This document shows positions 1 through 11,858 of a DNA stretch of 64,000 nucleotides, piece by piece. The notes under the pieces are model-generated. The model saw only the letters and a list, made by a program, of their open reading frames with translations, made no database searches and was not told the origin of the DNA. Numbering within the stretch: the stretch's first letter is position 1; each line of letters opens with the position of its first letter. The stretch spans positions 352,001 to 416,000 of the forward strand of contig CAXXVO010000007.1 of the NCBI GenBank assembly GCA_963422645.2, given 5' to 3'. The position numbers and the translations under genes were made by a program. The DNA is from Alphaproteobacteria bacterium (GTDB taxonomy: Bacteria; Pseudomonadota; Alphaproteobacteria; UBA828).

Positions 1-1
1 C

Positions 2-3382
<3,381 letters not shown>

Positions 3383-3396
3383 GAGATTCGACGGCG

Positions 3397-4020
3397 GTGC
3401 CCGGCGTGAGAGACCCCCGCGAATCAACCCCGGTCGAGCCCGGAGAGGGTTCCACCCCCCCCATTCGCGTCGTCCGCGCAGCCATCGGCCCTCGAGCAAT
3501 GGCCGAGGTCGAGCGAGCCGTCAACGGGCTCGCGCTCGCGCGCCGGGGCCCCGGCGCGGACGACTGCTACGAGGCATGGCTGCCCGACGGGATGCTCCCG
3601 GCAGACTGCACCGACGCCCTGGACGCCCTCGCCCGCAACTACGCCCGCGAGGTGCTGAACGCATGCGCGGACACGCCCTCGCCCGCCGTCTGCAACTGTT
3701 ACTTCGCAGGACAGGCCTGCCTCTGGCACGTCGACCAGTACGCAGGGCGGGGAGTTCCCGACACCCTCGACCGGACCGTCTCCGCAAGCCTCATCGTCGA
3801 ACGCGCCGCAGCCGGCGGCGACATGGTCTTCCAGGACCCGGGCCGGAAACGCCGCCCCGTACGGATCGACCCGCCGCCGGGATCGCTCGTCCTCTTCCCC
3901 GCAGACTGGTGGCACAGGGTCGCACCCGCCACCGCCGGCATCCGCCGCTCGCTCGTGCGATGGTGGGCGCAGTCGAACGGAGAGAGGTTCTCGTCCCTCG
4001 CCCGGCCCGACGGAGGATGA
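3397..4020 (+). CDS. 2OG-Fe(II) oxygenase (prolyl-hydroxylase/PKHD-like), phage-encoded
   Basis: HxD motif (WHVD), GGDMVF, 'GSLVLFPADWWHRVAPATAGIRRSLVRW' with the distal His and the 2OG-binding Arg. Start codon uncertain. Confidence 0.8.
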   Translation: MPGVRDPRESTPVEPGEGSTPPIRVVRAAIGPRAMAEVERAVNGLALARRGPGADDCYEAWLPDGMLPADCTDALDALARNYAREVLNACADTPSPAVCNCYFAGQACLWHVDQYAGRGVPDTLDRTVSASLIVERAAAGGDMVFQDPGRKRRPVRIDPPPGSLVLFPADWWHRVAPATAGIRRSLVRWWAQSNGERFSSLARPDGG

Positions 4021-4024
4021 CACG

Positions 4025-4545
4025 GTGATCGACATCCAGGACGCGATCCGCCGGCTCATGCCCACGGCTTCCTGCCGGGCTCCTTCCCCGGCGGCATCGA
4101 CACGATGTTCGACGAGGCGACATGGAAGGCCTACGGCTGGAACCCGATCCCCGGCCTGCCGGACTACGGCCCCGACCCGGACGCCAGCCCCAAGCCGGCA
4201 TGGGCCATGATCGCCGAAGCGGGCGAGCGCGCCGCCGCCGAAGACCTCCGGCAAGAAAGGGCGCAAGGGGTCGACCGGGAGGCAACCCGCCGCATCCGGA
4301 AGGCCTACGGGGCGAGGAGCTGGGAGCACGAGGCCAGACGGCGGCTGCGCGGCGCCGCCACCGAGGAGCAGGACGCCGAACGCGACCGCCTGCGCCGGCT
4401 CTGCCGCGCGCTCCGCAAGCGCATCGAAACCATGGACGCGGGCGCGCTCGAGCGCTTCGACGCAGCCGACGACAGACACTGGCGCCCGCCCGAAGCCGGG
4501 CCCGCCCAGCCCCCCGCGCCCGAGGCGGAGGAGAAGGCGGAATAG
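4025..4545 (+). CDS. Small phage tail-associated protein (tail fibre assembly-like), apparently frameshifted near 4061
   Basis: GGAGG RBS then GTG at 4025 (MIDIQDAIRRLMP). One extra C in CCC would join it to the 4105-4545 frame (HGFLPGSFPGGIDTMFDEATW...). It is the last gene before the phage end. Confidence 0.5.
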
Positions 4546-4664
4546 AACCCTTGCAGGGGCCGTGCACACCGAATTCCGCGCCCCTGAACGGCCCGTGCAT
4601 GGCCGATGCAGAGGCCGTTTTTCCAGCCCGAATCAGCCCCGAAAATCAGCCTGTTTTCCAGGCC

Positions 4665-4714
4665 ATTCGCAAAGACTTCTGGCCGCGATTCGCAAAGACT
4701 TCTGGCCGGCTACA
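4665..4714 (-). repeat. Putative transposase-binding sites at the prophage end
   Basis: ATTCGCAAAGACTTCTGGCCG at 4665-4685 and 4688-4708 (23-bp period), then GCTACA ending at 4714. Confidence 0.75.
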
Positions 4715-4715
4715 G

Positions 4716-5321
4716 TGGTTCCTGATGCAGCGCATCCGCGAGGGCTTCATCGAAGGCGAGAACAAGCCTTTCCCCGGTCCGGTCGAGGCCGACGAGACGT
4801 ACATCGGGGGCAAGGAGAAGAACAAGCACGCCAACAAGAAGCTGCGTGCGGGTCGCGGTGCGGTCGGCAAGGCCGTGGTCGCAGGTGCCAAGGATCGCAC
4901 CACCAAGCGCGTTTCCGCCAAGGTAGTGCCCGACACCACCCGCCTGACCCTGAGCAACTTTGTAGCTGCCCATGCGAGCCCCGAGACCATGGTCTACACT
5001 GACGAGTCCAAGAGCTATTCAGGCCTTCCCCACCACGAGACCGTCGTCCACTCGCGCGGCGAGTATGTCAACGGCGACTGCCACACCAACGGCATCGAGA
5101 GTTTCTGGAGCCTGTTCAAGCGGGGCTATCACGGCACCTTCCACCACCTGTCCGAGAAGCACCTGGACCGCTACGTCCGGGAGTTCACGGGCCGCAACAA
5201 CATCCGCGACCTGGACACCATCGACCAGATGGCCGCGCTGGTGCGGGGTATGGTCGGCAAGCGGCTGCGCTACAGGGAGCTGATTGCAGACGACGGCCTG
5301 TCGAGCGGAGCGCGGTCGTAG
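4716..5321 (+). pseudogene. IS1595-family transposase, C-terminal DDE part; N-terminal Zn-ribbon/HTH missing
   Basis: WFLMQRIRE...VEADETYIGG...VYTDE...HTNGIESFWSLFKRG..HHLSEKHLDRYVREF...GKRLRYRELI. Similarity begins abruptly at 4716. Confidence 0.9.
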
Positions 5322-5327
5322 GGGGAA

Positions 5328-5621
5328 TTACGACGAAGGGGGCCCTTCGCTGGCCGTCTGATTGTCCGCCTCAAAGTCTGGGTTCCATGGCGATTTCACG
5401 CCGAGCCGTCGATCAAGACGAGCGATTGTTCCAGGCGTCAAAGGCTCATCGGGTTCGACACCCGCTTCGATCGCCCTTCGAGTGCGTCGGCCGCGAGGGT
5501 ACGAAAGCCGCGTGAGCGGTCCCCAAGCATTCTCATCGGCCACTACGGTGCCTCCCTCGCGCTCCAACCAAGTACAATACTCCCCGAACGTCGGGGATTC
5601 CTGAAACGGGTGAGCAGTCAT
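5328..5621 (-). CDS. Small protein, possibly a divergent HicA-like toxin
   Basis: Coupled to the upstream HicB-like gene (TGATG overlap). C-terminus EPLTPGTIARLDRRLGV resembles HicA C-termini, but the conserved GSH motif is absent. Confidence 0.4.
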   Translation of the reverse strand: MTAHPFQESPTFGEYCTWLEREGGTVVADENAWGPLTRLSYPRGRRTRRAIEAGVEPDEPLTPGTIARLDRRLGVKSPWNPDFEADNQTASEGPPSS

Positions 5622-5926
5622 CAGGCGGCAAGCGCTCGCACATTGCTGGCGTGATCGGGCAAGGGATACATGCGGCCGCGATGCACGCCGTCACCGTTCT
5701 CGTCCCACATGTCATGGTATCGCTGCGGTGCCGGCCCAATGTCCCCGAAGGGCACACCCGTGCGAGCGATGGAGTCGTCGCGCTCCGCTCGATAGGCGGT
5801 TTGCAGACGCTGATAAAGCTCCTCCGAGTCGCGACCCTGCGCGCCGATGTCCTGTTCGAGGCACATCGCCACGAACTTGTCACCTTCCGTGAAGATCACG
5901 AACCTCGTGCTGTCCTGGGCAGCCAT
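5621..5926 (-). CDS. HicB-like antitoxin
   Basis: N-terminus FVIFTEGDKFVAMCLEQDIGAQGRDSEEL fits the HicB partial RNase H-fold pattern. Confidence 0.6.
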   Translation of the reverse strand: MAAQDSTRFVIFTEGDKFVAMCLEQDIGAQGRDSEELYQRLQTAYRAERDDSIARTGVPFGDIGPAPQRYHDMWDENGDGVHRGRMYPLPDHASNVRALAA

Positions 5927-6250
5927 CGATCACATCCTCTCGTTCTTATGCTGTCGGAGCCGCCACGAAGGGGATCGACGACAGCGGTTGCGGGCGATGA
6001 ATGTTCATCATCATCCGCAAATGGACCCCCATTAGGTGGGGTCTATTTTCATCATGTCGACATGATGCCTGATCGTCAACGATTTGCGGAACGATCATCA
6101 TGTGCCGGAAGCCCGACACAGCGGGCCTGGTTGACGTAGCAGGGGAAGGGTGCGGTGATGGCAGCCGGAAAGTCAAGACATATATCACCAGTTGCCTAGC
6201 CATATCTCGTGCCGTAGGATGATCATGATGATGATGCTAGGCGAAGCGCG

Positions 6251-6445
6251 ATGACGGACAAGCCGCAATCGCGGCCGCGCGGTCGTCCGCCCAAGCCGAT
6301 TCCGAAACTGAACGCCACGCCAGAGCGCGCTGCACGGGCGATCTTCTCAGCCGTGAAGCCGGCCGACCCTACGATCCGCGTTGAGAAGGCTCACACGCGG
6401 AAGCGGAAAGCAACGACCACAATCTCTGGCCCCCATGACCCCTAG
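6251..6445 (+). CDS. Small basic hypothetical protein with an AT-hook-like motif
   Basis: 64 aa ORF containing RPRGRPPKP; overlaps the next ORF. Confidence 0.45.
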   Translation: MTDKPQSRPRGRPPKPIPKLNATPERAARAIFSAVKPADPTIRVEKAHTRKRKATTTISGPHDP

Positions 6446-6656
6446 ACGGCGGGTGGCTTGGCGCGTCGGGGTCGTGCTTTGGGTTCTATACGCGATCGGC
6501 TTTGCCGGCTTCTTCGTTGTCGAAGAGGAAAACCCTCATGTGCTTCTCGCACTGATCGCCCTACCCTGGGGCATCTTGATCTCCGGGTGGCTAATATGGC
6601 GAGCCGTCGTGCGACCCGTAATGCGCTGGATCATTGCACCGCTTCGAGATCGCTAG
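6435..6656 (+). CDS. Small two-TM membrane protein
   Basis: 73 aa from ATG 6435, with two hydrophobic stretches separated by EEENP. Confidence 0.5.
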   Translation: MTPRRRVAWRVGVVLWVLYAIGFAGFFVVEEENPHVLLALIALPWGILISGWLIWRAVVRPVMRWIIAPLRDR

Positions 6657-6772
6657 ACTCTCGCACTTGGCTAGTTAGGCGTATAAGCCCCTTTCGTTTT
6701 ATACTGGAAGGCGATTCGGTTATCGTTTCAAATTATATGAAACGAAATCTTGACGCTCAGGTAAATGTAATA

Positions 6773-7642
6773 TCAGACTTCCTGACCTCTGCTGATTTTA
6801 GGTGACACGAGCCGCGCGGATTCCGAGGCCCCGTCGATGTCGTAGACTATGCGCAGACGGGTGCCGGGGAAGACCGTTTCGGTGGCGTTCAGGTCGCTCA
6901 GAACCGCATCGATCCAACGGTCGCAGGCGTCGTTTGCGAGGCCAAGAATGTGGACCCGCAGGAGGCCACAACTGGCCAGAACCCGAGCCGGAACATCGCA
7001 AGTCGCACGCCCCATCGGCGCCTGCCGGTCCCGCCGATCGCGCGCGCTGCGATCCGTTTGCGGCTGCGCTTCCAGCCCCGGCGCCGTCTCCGGCCCCGGG
7101 GCACCGGTACTCTCTTCATCGACACGGCCTTCAGGAGCCGCACCCGCGTCAGGCGGCGCAGCCAGCGCTGAGCGTCCGGGCTCCCCATCCGCCTCCGTGT
7201 TGCCGATCAGTCCCTGACGGCGCCACTTGTTGACCGATGGCGCTGACACGCCGAGAACCCGGGCCGCCGCAGAGCCGCTCAGGCCCGATGCCAGCAACGC
7301 CGTCGCCTTCTCCGCCAACTCCGGAGTGAACACCGACGGCCCGCGACCGCGCCGGGGCTTCATGAACCCCGCTTCGCCCTCGGCCAGGTAGCGCCGTCGT
7401 GCGCGCTGCACCGTCGCGCGCGAGACAGCGAAAGCGTCAGCCAGTTCCTGCGGCGAGACCGCGCTGATCGCCGCGAGGCGGCCGATCCGCAAGAGCATGG
7501 CCGTGCGGTCATCGGCGGCGTGGCTGTCAAAGGGAATGAGGTTGGAAAAGTAGGTGAAGGTGTCGTCCGAGATCAGGACGGCGAAGCAGCTGTTGCCGAT
7601 CGAGACCGCCTCTGGAGGGCACATTGGGAGGGTACTGGGCAT
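6773..7642 (-). CDS. Truncated transposase: N-terminal HTH region fused in frame to the native C-terminus
   Basis: 289 aa ORF: MPSTL...VLASCG joined to LLRVHILGLAN...RGQEV; catalytic core deleted. Confidence 0.7.
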   Translation of the reverse strand: MPSTLPMCPPEAVSIGNSCFAVLISDDTFTYFSNLIPFDSHAADDRTAMLLRIGRLAAISAVSPQELADAFAVSRATVQRARRRYLAEGEAGFMKPRRGRGPSVFTPELAEKATALLASGLSGSAAARVLGVSAPSVNKWRRQGLIGNTEADGEPGRSALAAPPDAGAAPEGRVDEESTGAPGPETAPGLEAQPQTDRSARDRRDRQAPMGRATCDVPARVLASCGLLRVHILGLANDACDRWIDAVLSDLNATETVFPGTRLRIVYDIDGASESARLVSPKISRGQEV

Positions 7643-7797
7643 GGTTGAGACCGTGCAATTGGTATCAAATTATAATATCAGACCTCGGGCGCGACACCCA
7701 GCGAAAAACCGCCTGAAACAACCGAAATGTATCAGAATTCAAGGAGTTCCCGGCACGCTGCCCAGAACAGCCAGCATCACGAGGTCAGGAAGTCTGA
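6773..7797 (-). mobile_element. Internally deleted IS copy (1025 bp)
   Basis: 17-bp perfect IRs TCAGACTTCCTGACCTC at both ends. Appears identical to the adjacent copy except for a 1490-bp deletion at a CCA microhomology (6966-6968). Confidence 0.92.
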
Positions 7798-7800
7798 GGT

Positions 7801-10160
7801 TCAGACTTCCTGACCTCTGCTGATTTTAGGTGACACGAGCCGCGCGGATTCCGAGGCCCCGTCGATGTCGTAGACTATGCGCAGACGGGTGCCGGGGAAG
7901 ACCGTTTCGGTGGCGTTCAGGTCGCTCAGAACCGCATCGATCCAACGGTCGCAGGCGTCGTTTGCGAGGCCAAGAATGTGGACCCGCAGGAGGCCATTGC
8001 CAGGATCCGGCAGGATGTCGGCATCGGCGGTGAGCAGCGCTTGAAGCAGTTTCCGGGGATGGGGCTTGTGGCCCTGCGCCTGCATGACGGGAAGCATCAT
8101 GCGGGTTTCGGCGCGGTAGGCGATCATCCGGATGACGTCGAGGAGGAGGCGCTCGCGCGCGGGCAAGGCATCGAGCTGCTCGGCTTCGTCGAGGTCGCCG
8201 GCCCGGCAGTGCTTGGGCGTCTCCCTGCGGCTGGCCCTGACGATGTCGCGGACATCCTGGAGGTCCCTGACTTCCCTCCTGAGTTCCGCCGTCGGCTGCT
8301 TCTTCCGGGCCGTGTCGGCGATGCGGTTGCGCAGGCGGCCAAGCTGGCGGTCGAGGCGATGGATTGCCTTGTCATAGGCCCGCCGCAGCGGGTTGACGAC
8401 CATGGCGGCGGGATCGAGAGGCTCGAGCTCGTGGGTCGGCAGGGCGTCGAGATTGAACTCGTCACGCATGTACTTGAAGAAGTTCTCCTGCGACCAGCGC
8501 GAGAACATGGCGCCCGCAACCTCAGCCATCGGCTTGTGCGGATCGGTGGTGATCAGCGGCACCTGACGGCCGTTGTCGAGCAGGCGGCGGATCTGGCGCA
8601 CCCTGAAGCCGTTCGGCAACGTCACCGGCTTCTCAGCCAGCCGCATGGTGGCGCTGCCGTCCGCCGCCGGTCCGTGAATGGGAACGGTCATCGCGCCGAA
8701 GTCCTCGGCCGGCCAGTCCTCGCCCCTGAAGTTCTTGTGCCAGGTCAGGCAGGCGACGCCGCGCCTCGCCAGCCGGCGGAACAGATCCGGGCTCCAGCCC
8801 TCGCGGTCGAAGACCAGGGTGAGCGCCGGCTGGCCGGGATGCTCGGCGGTCAGGTCCGGCGCCCCGGCGCCAACGATCCCAAGCTCCTGCAGCGCCGGCA
8901 CCACGTCGGCTTCGATGGCCGCGACCATCTTCGGGTCCAGCGGCTTGTGCAGACAGAGCAGCGGCTTGCCGCCCAGAGCGTTGATCCAGTAGCTGGCGCT
9001 CGCCGGCAGGCACAGCTTCTCGCGCGAGACGAAGTGCTTGGGCAAGCGCCCCTTGCGGCCGGAGTAGACCTTGACGTGCCCGTCGATGGCCAGCGTCGCC
9101 CAGAGCTCCGGCTCGTCGGCGCCTGCCAGCGCCTGGCAAGGGCGAGCTGCCACGCCCGCACGCCGGCCTCGTCGTCGGCGATGAGAGCGATCTTGCGGCG
9201 CAGCGTCTTGACCTCGGGGCAGCGATCGAGGCCGAGAATGGCGCCCCATTCGCCCGGCGCCTGGTAGCGCAGGCTCTCGGGGTTGCGCACCCGCGCCAAG
9301 GTCATGAAGGCCAGGAAGAGCAGGATCGTAGGCAAGCCGTAATAGCCCTTCGGCAGCAATGGCAGGAGACCGGTCTCGGAGAGAAGACCTTCCTTCAGCA
9401 GGGCCGGCAGGGCGGCGAGCACGCCGCCGAAGCGGACACCGCGGGCGGCGGCGGCGAACTGCGGTTCGACCGGCCCCGCCTGTCCACAACTGGCCAGAAC
9501 CCGAGCCGGAACATCGCAAGTCGCACGCCCCATCGGCGCCTGCCGGTCCCGCCGATCGCGCGCGCTGCGATCCGTTTGCGGCTGCGCTTCCAGCCCCGGC
9601 GCCGTCTCCGGCCCCGGGGCACCGGTACTCTCTTCATCGACACGGCCTTCAGGAGCCGCACCCGCGTCAGGCGGCGCAGCCAGCGCTGAGCGTCCGGGCT
9701 CCCCATCCGCCTCCGTGTTGCCGATCAGTCCCTGACGGCGCCACTTGTTGACCGATGGCGCTGACACGCCGAGAACCCGGGCCGCCGCAGAGCCGCTCAG
9801 GCCCGATGCCAGCAACGCCGTCGCCTTCTCCGCCAACTCCGGAGTGAACACCGACGGCCCGCGACCGCGCCGGGGCTTCATGAACCCCGCTTCGCCCTCG
9901 GCCAGGTAGCGCCGTCGTGCGCGCTGCACCGTCGCGCGCGAGACAGCGAAAGCGTCAGCCAGTTCCTGCGGCGAGACCGCGCTGATCGCCGCGAGGCGGC
10001 CGATCCGCAAGAGCATGGCCGTGCGGTCATCGGCGGCGTGGCTGTCAAAGGGAATGAGGTTGGAAAAGTAGGTGAAGGTGTCGTCCGAGATCAGGACGGC
10101 GAAGCAGCTGTTGCCGATCGAGACCGCCTCTGGAGGGCACATTGGGAGGGTACTGGGCAT
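7801..10160 (-). pseudogene. Large DDE-type transposase (~786 aa if repaired) with a single-base frameshift near 9120
   Basis: Two overlapping ORFs (8850-10160, 7801-9519) join at ...RRWQ/ADEPELWATLAIDGHVKVY. Motifs: HTHs, IDGH, VFDREG, RWSQENFFKY. Confidence 0.85.
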
Positions 10161-10315
10161 GGTTGAGACCGTGCAATTGGTATCAAATTATAATATCAGA
10201 CCTCGGGCGCGACACCCAGCGAAAAACCGCCTGAAACAACCGAAATGTATCAGAATTCAAGGAGTTCCCGGCACGCTGCCCAGAACAGCCAGCATCACGA
10301 GGTCAGGAAGTCTGA
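7801..10315 (-). mobile_element. Full-length IS (2515 bp), unclassified/ISNCY-like large transposase
   Basis: Same 17-bp IRs; the transposase stop codon lies inside the IR; no flanking target duplication visible. Confidence 0.9.
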
Positions 10316-10367
10316 GTTTATTGCCGATGGGTCTGCTCACGATAGTGCGGCCCGCGCGGGGATAGGG

Positions 10368-11708
10368 TCAGGTGGGGAGCAGCCCGAGATTTTCGCGCAG
10401 CGTGGGCCCGGCATAGTCCTCGTGGTAGAGGCCGCGCCGTTGCAGCTCGGGCACCACGAGGCGCGCGAAATCCTCGTAGGCGCCCGGCATGTGGGTCGCG
10501 GCGAGCACGAAGCCGTCGCAGGCCTCGCCCTCGAACCATTCCGCCATCTCATCGGCGACGGCGGCGGGCGTGCCGACAAAATGAGGCATCTCGCCCAACG
10601 TGCCGCGCCGACTGTAAGTGACAAAATCCTCGACCGTGGGATGTGGATTGCCGCTCAGCGTCACAACCCGGTCGCGGATCGCCTGCAGGCCGCTGATGGA
10701 GGCCATCTCCTCGTCGGTGAAGGGCTCGTCCGCAGGCTTGGTCGCGAAATCGTAGTTGAGCGCCTCGGAGAGCAGGGCCAGCGTGTCGATGGGCTGTGCG
10801 AGGCCCGCGATGAAGGCGGCCTTCTCTTCCGCCTCTGCGTTGCTCTCGGCCACCGTGACGTAGGCCGCCGGCGCCACGCGAAAGGTGCCGGGGTCGCGGC
10901 CGGCAGCGACTGCGGCATCGCGCGTCGCCGCGTAGGCCTTGCGGCCGAACTCCAGGGTGGGATAGATCGCGAAGATCACATCGGCCCAGCGCGCCGCGAA
11001 TTGCCGCCCCCGCCCGCTCTGGCCGGCCTGGATCACGATGGGGCGATCCTGGGGCGTGCGCGGCACGGTGAAGGGCCCGCGCGAGCGCAGGAAGCGGCCC
11101 TCGTGGTCCAGGCGATGCACGCCTTCCGGGTCGGCGAAGATGCCCTGCTCCTTGTCGAGTACGATGGCGTCCGGGGCCCACGAGTTCCAGTGGCCGAGCA
11201 CCACCTCCATGAACTCGTCGGCGCGGTCGTAGCGCTCGTTATGCTCGATCACCCTGTCCGCGCCGTAGTTCGCAGCCTCGGAATCGTTGAGCGAGGTCAC
11301 CACGTTCCAGGCGGCCCGGCCGCCGCTCATGTGATCGAGGGTGGAGAACATGCGCGCCACGTGGAAGGGCTGGTAGTAGGTGGTCGAGCAGGTGGCACCC
11401 AGGCCGAGCCGCGTGGTGGCCGCGCCCATCAGGGTGAGGATCGGGATCGGGTCCATCTTGACCACCCGCACCCCGTTGCGCACCGCCTCGGCATGGTCGC
11501 CGCCGTAGATGTCCGGCAGCGCGAGGCGGTCGTCGAAGAAGGCGAGATGGAACTTGCCGGCCTCGAGGATGCGGGCGATCCGCTGGTAGTAGTCGGCGGT
11601 GAGGAAGTCCGTGGCGGAGTCCGGGTGACGCCAGGACGCCGGGTAGTTGGAGCAGTTCTGCGCCTGGAGGAAGCCCACCAGGACCATCTGCCGCTTGCTC
11701 ATGCTCAC
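10368..11708 (-). CDS. NtaA/DmoA/DszA-family FMN-dependent monooxygenase (LLM class)
   Basis: ASWRHP, EAGKFHLAFFDD, TLDHMSGGRAAWNVVTS, IIQAGQSGRG, TLRENLGL. Confidence 0.92.
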   Translation of the reverse strand: MSMSKRQMVLVGFLQAQNCSNYPASWRHPDSATDFLTADYYQRIARILEAGKFHLAFFDDRLALPDIYGGDHAEAVRNGVRVVKMDPIPILTLMGAATTRLGLGATCSTTYYQPFHVARMFSTLDHMSGGRAAWNVVTSLNDSEAANYGADRVIEHNERYDRADEFMEVVLGHWNSWAPDAIVLDKEQGIFADPEGVHRLDHEGRFLRSRGPFTVPRTPQDRPIVIQAGQSGRGRQFAARWADVIFAIYPTLEFGRKAYAATRDAAVAAGRDPGTFRVAPAAYVTVAESNAEAEEKAAFIAGLAQPIDTLALLSEALNYDFATKPADEPFTDEEMASISGLQAIRDRVVTLSGNPHPTVEDFVTYSRRGTLGEMPHFVGTPAAVADEMAEWFEGEACDGFVLAATHMPGAYEDFARLVVPELQRRGLYHEDYAGPTLRENLGLLPT

Positions 11709-11858
11709 CGTCGCTCGCTAGGACCGGGAGGCAACGCCGGCCGCCGCCTGCGCGGGGTGTAGCATGGCCGGCGGGCGTTTGGCAGGCGCGTGGCGGGCCG
11801 GCCGTCTCTGTGCCATCCTCCGGTTGGGCTGCGATCGGCGCAGAGCAAGGGGGGCATC

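Larger units (their letters stand above)
4715..6189 (+). mobile_element. IS1595-family element remnant with passenger genes (right end tentative)
   Basis: Transposase remnant plus two convergent passenger genes. Candidate terminal IR GTCAAGACATATATCACC at 6172-6189 (reverse complement GGTGATATATG..., resembling the ggnnatTAT ends of the ISNwi group). Confidence 0.45.

Noticed and set aside
4665-4708. Direct repeats as a mini-CRISPR
   Set aside because: Only two copies, 2 bp apart, with no spacers and no cas genes.
4122-5321. 399-aa ORF as a full-length IS1595 transposase
   Set aside because: Its first ~198 codons overlap the phage gene and phage end; transposase similarity starts only at 4716.
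7781-7830. Strong junction promoter across the IS-IS junction
   Set aside because: No correctly spaced -35/-10 pair is visible across the junction.
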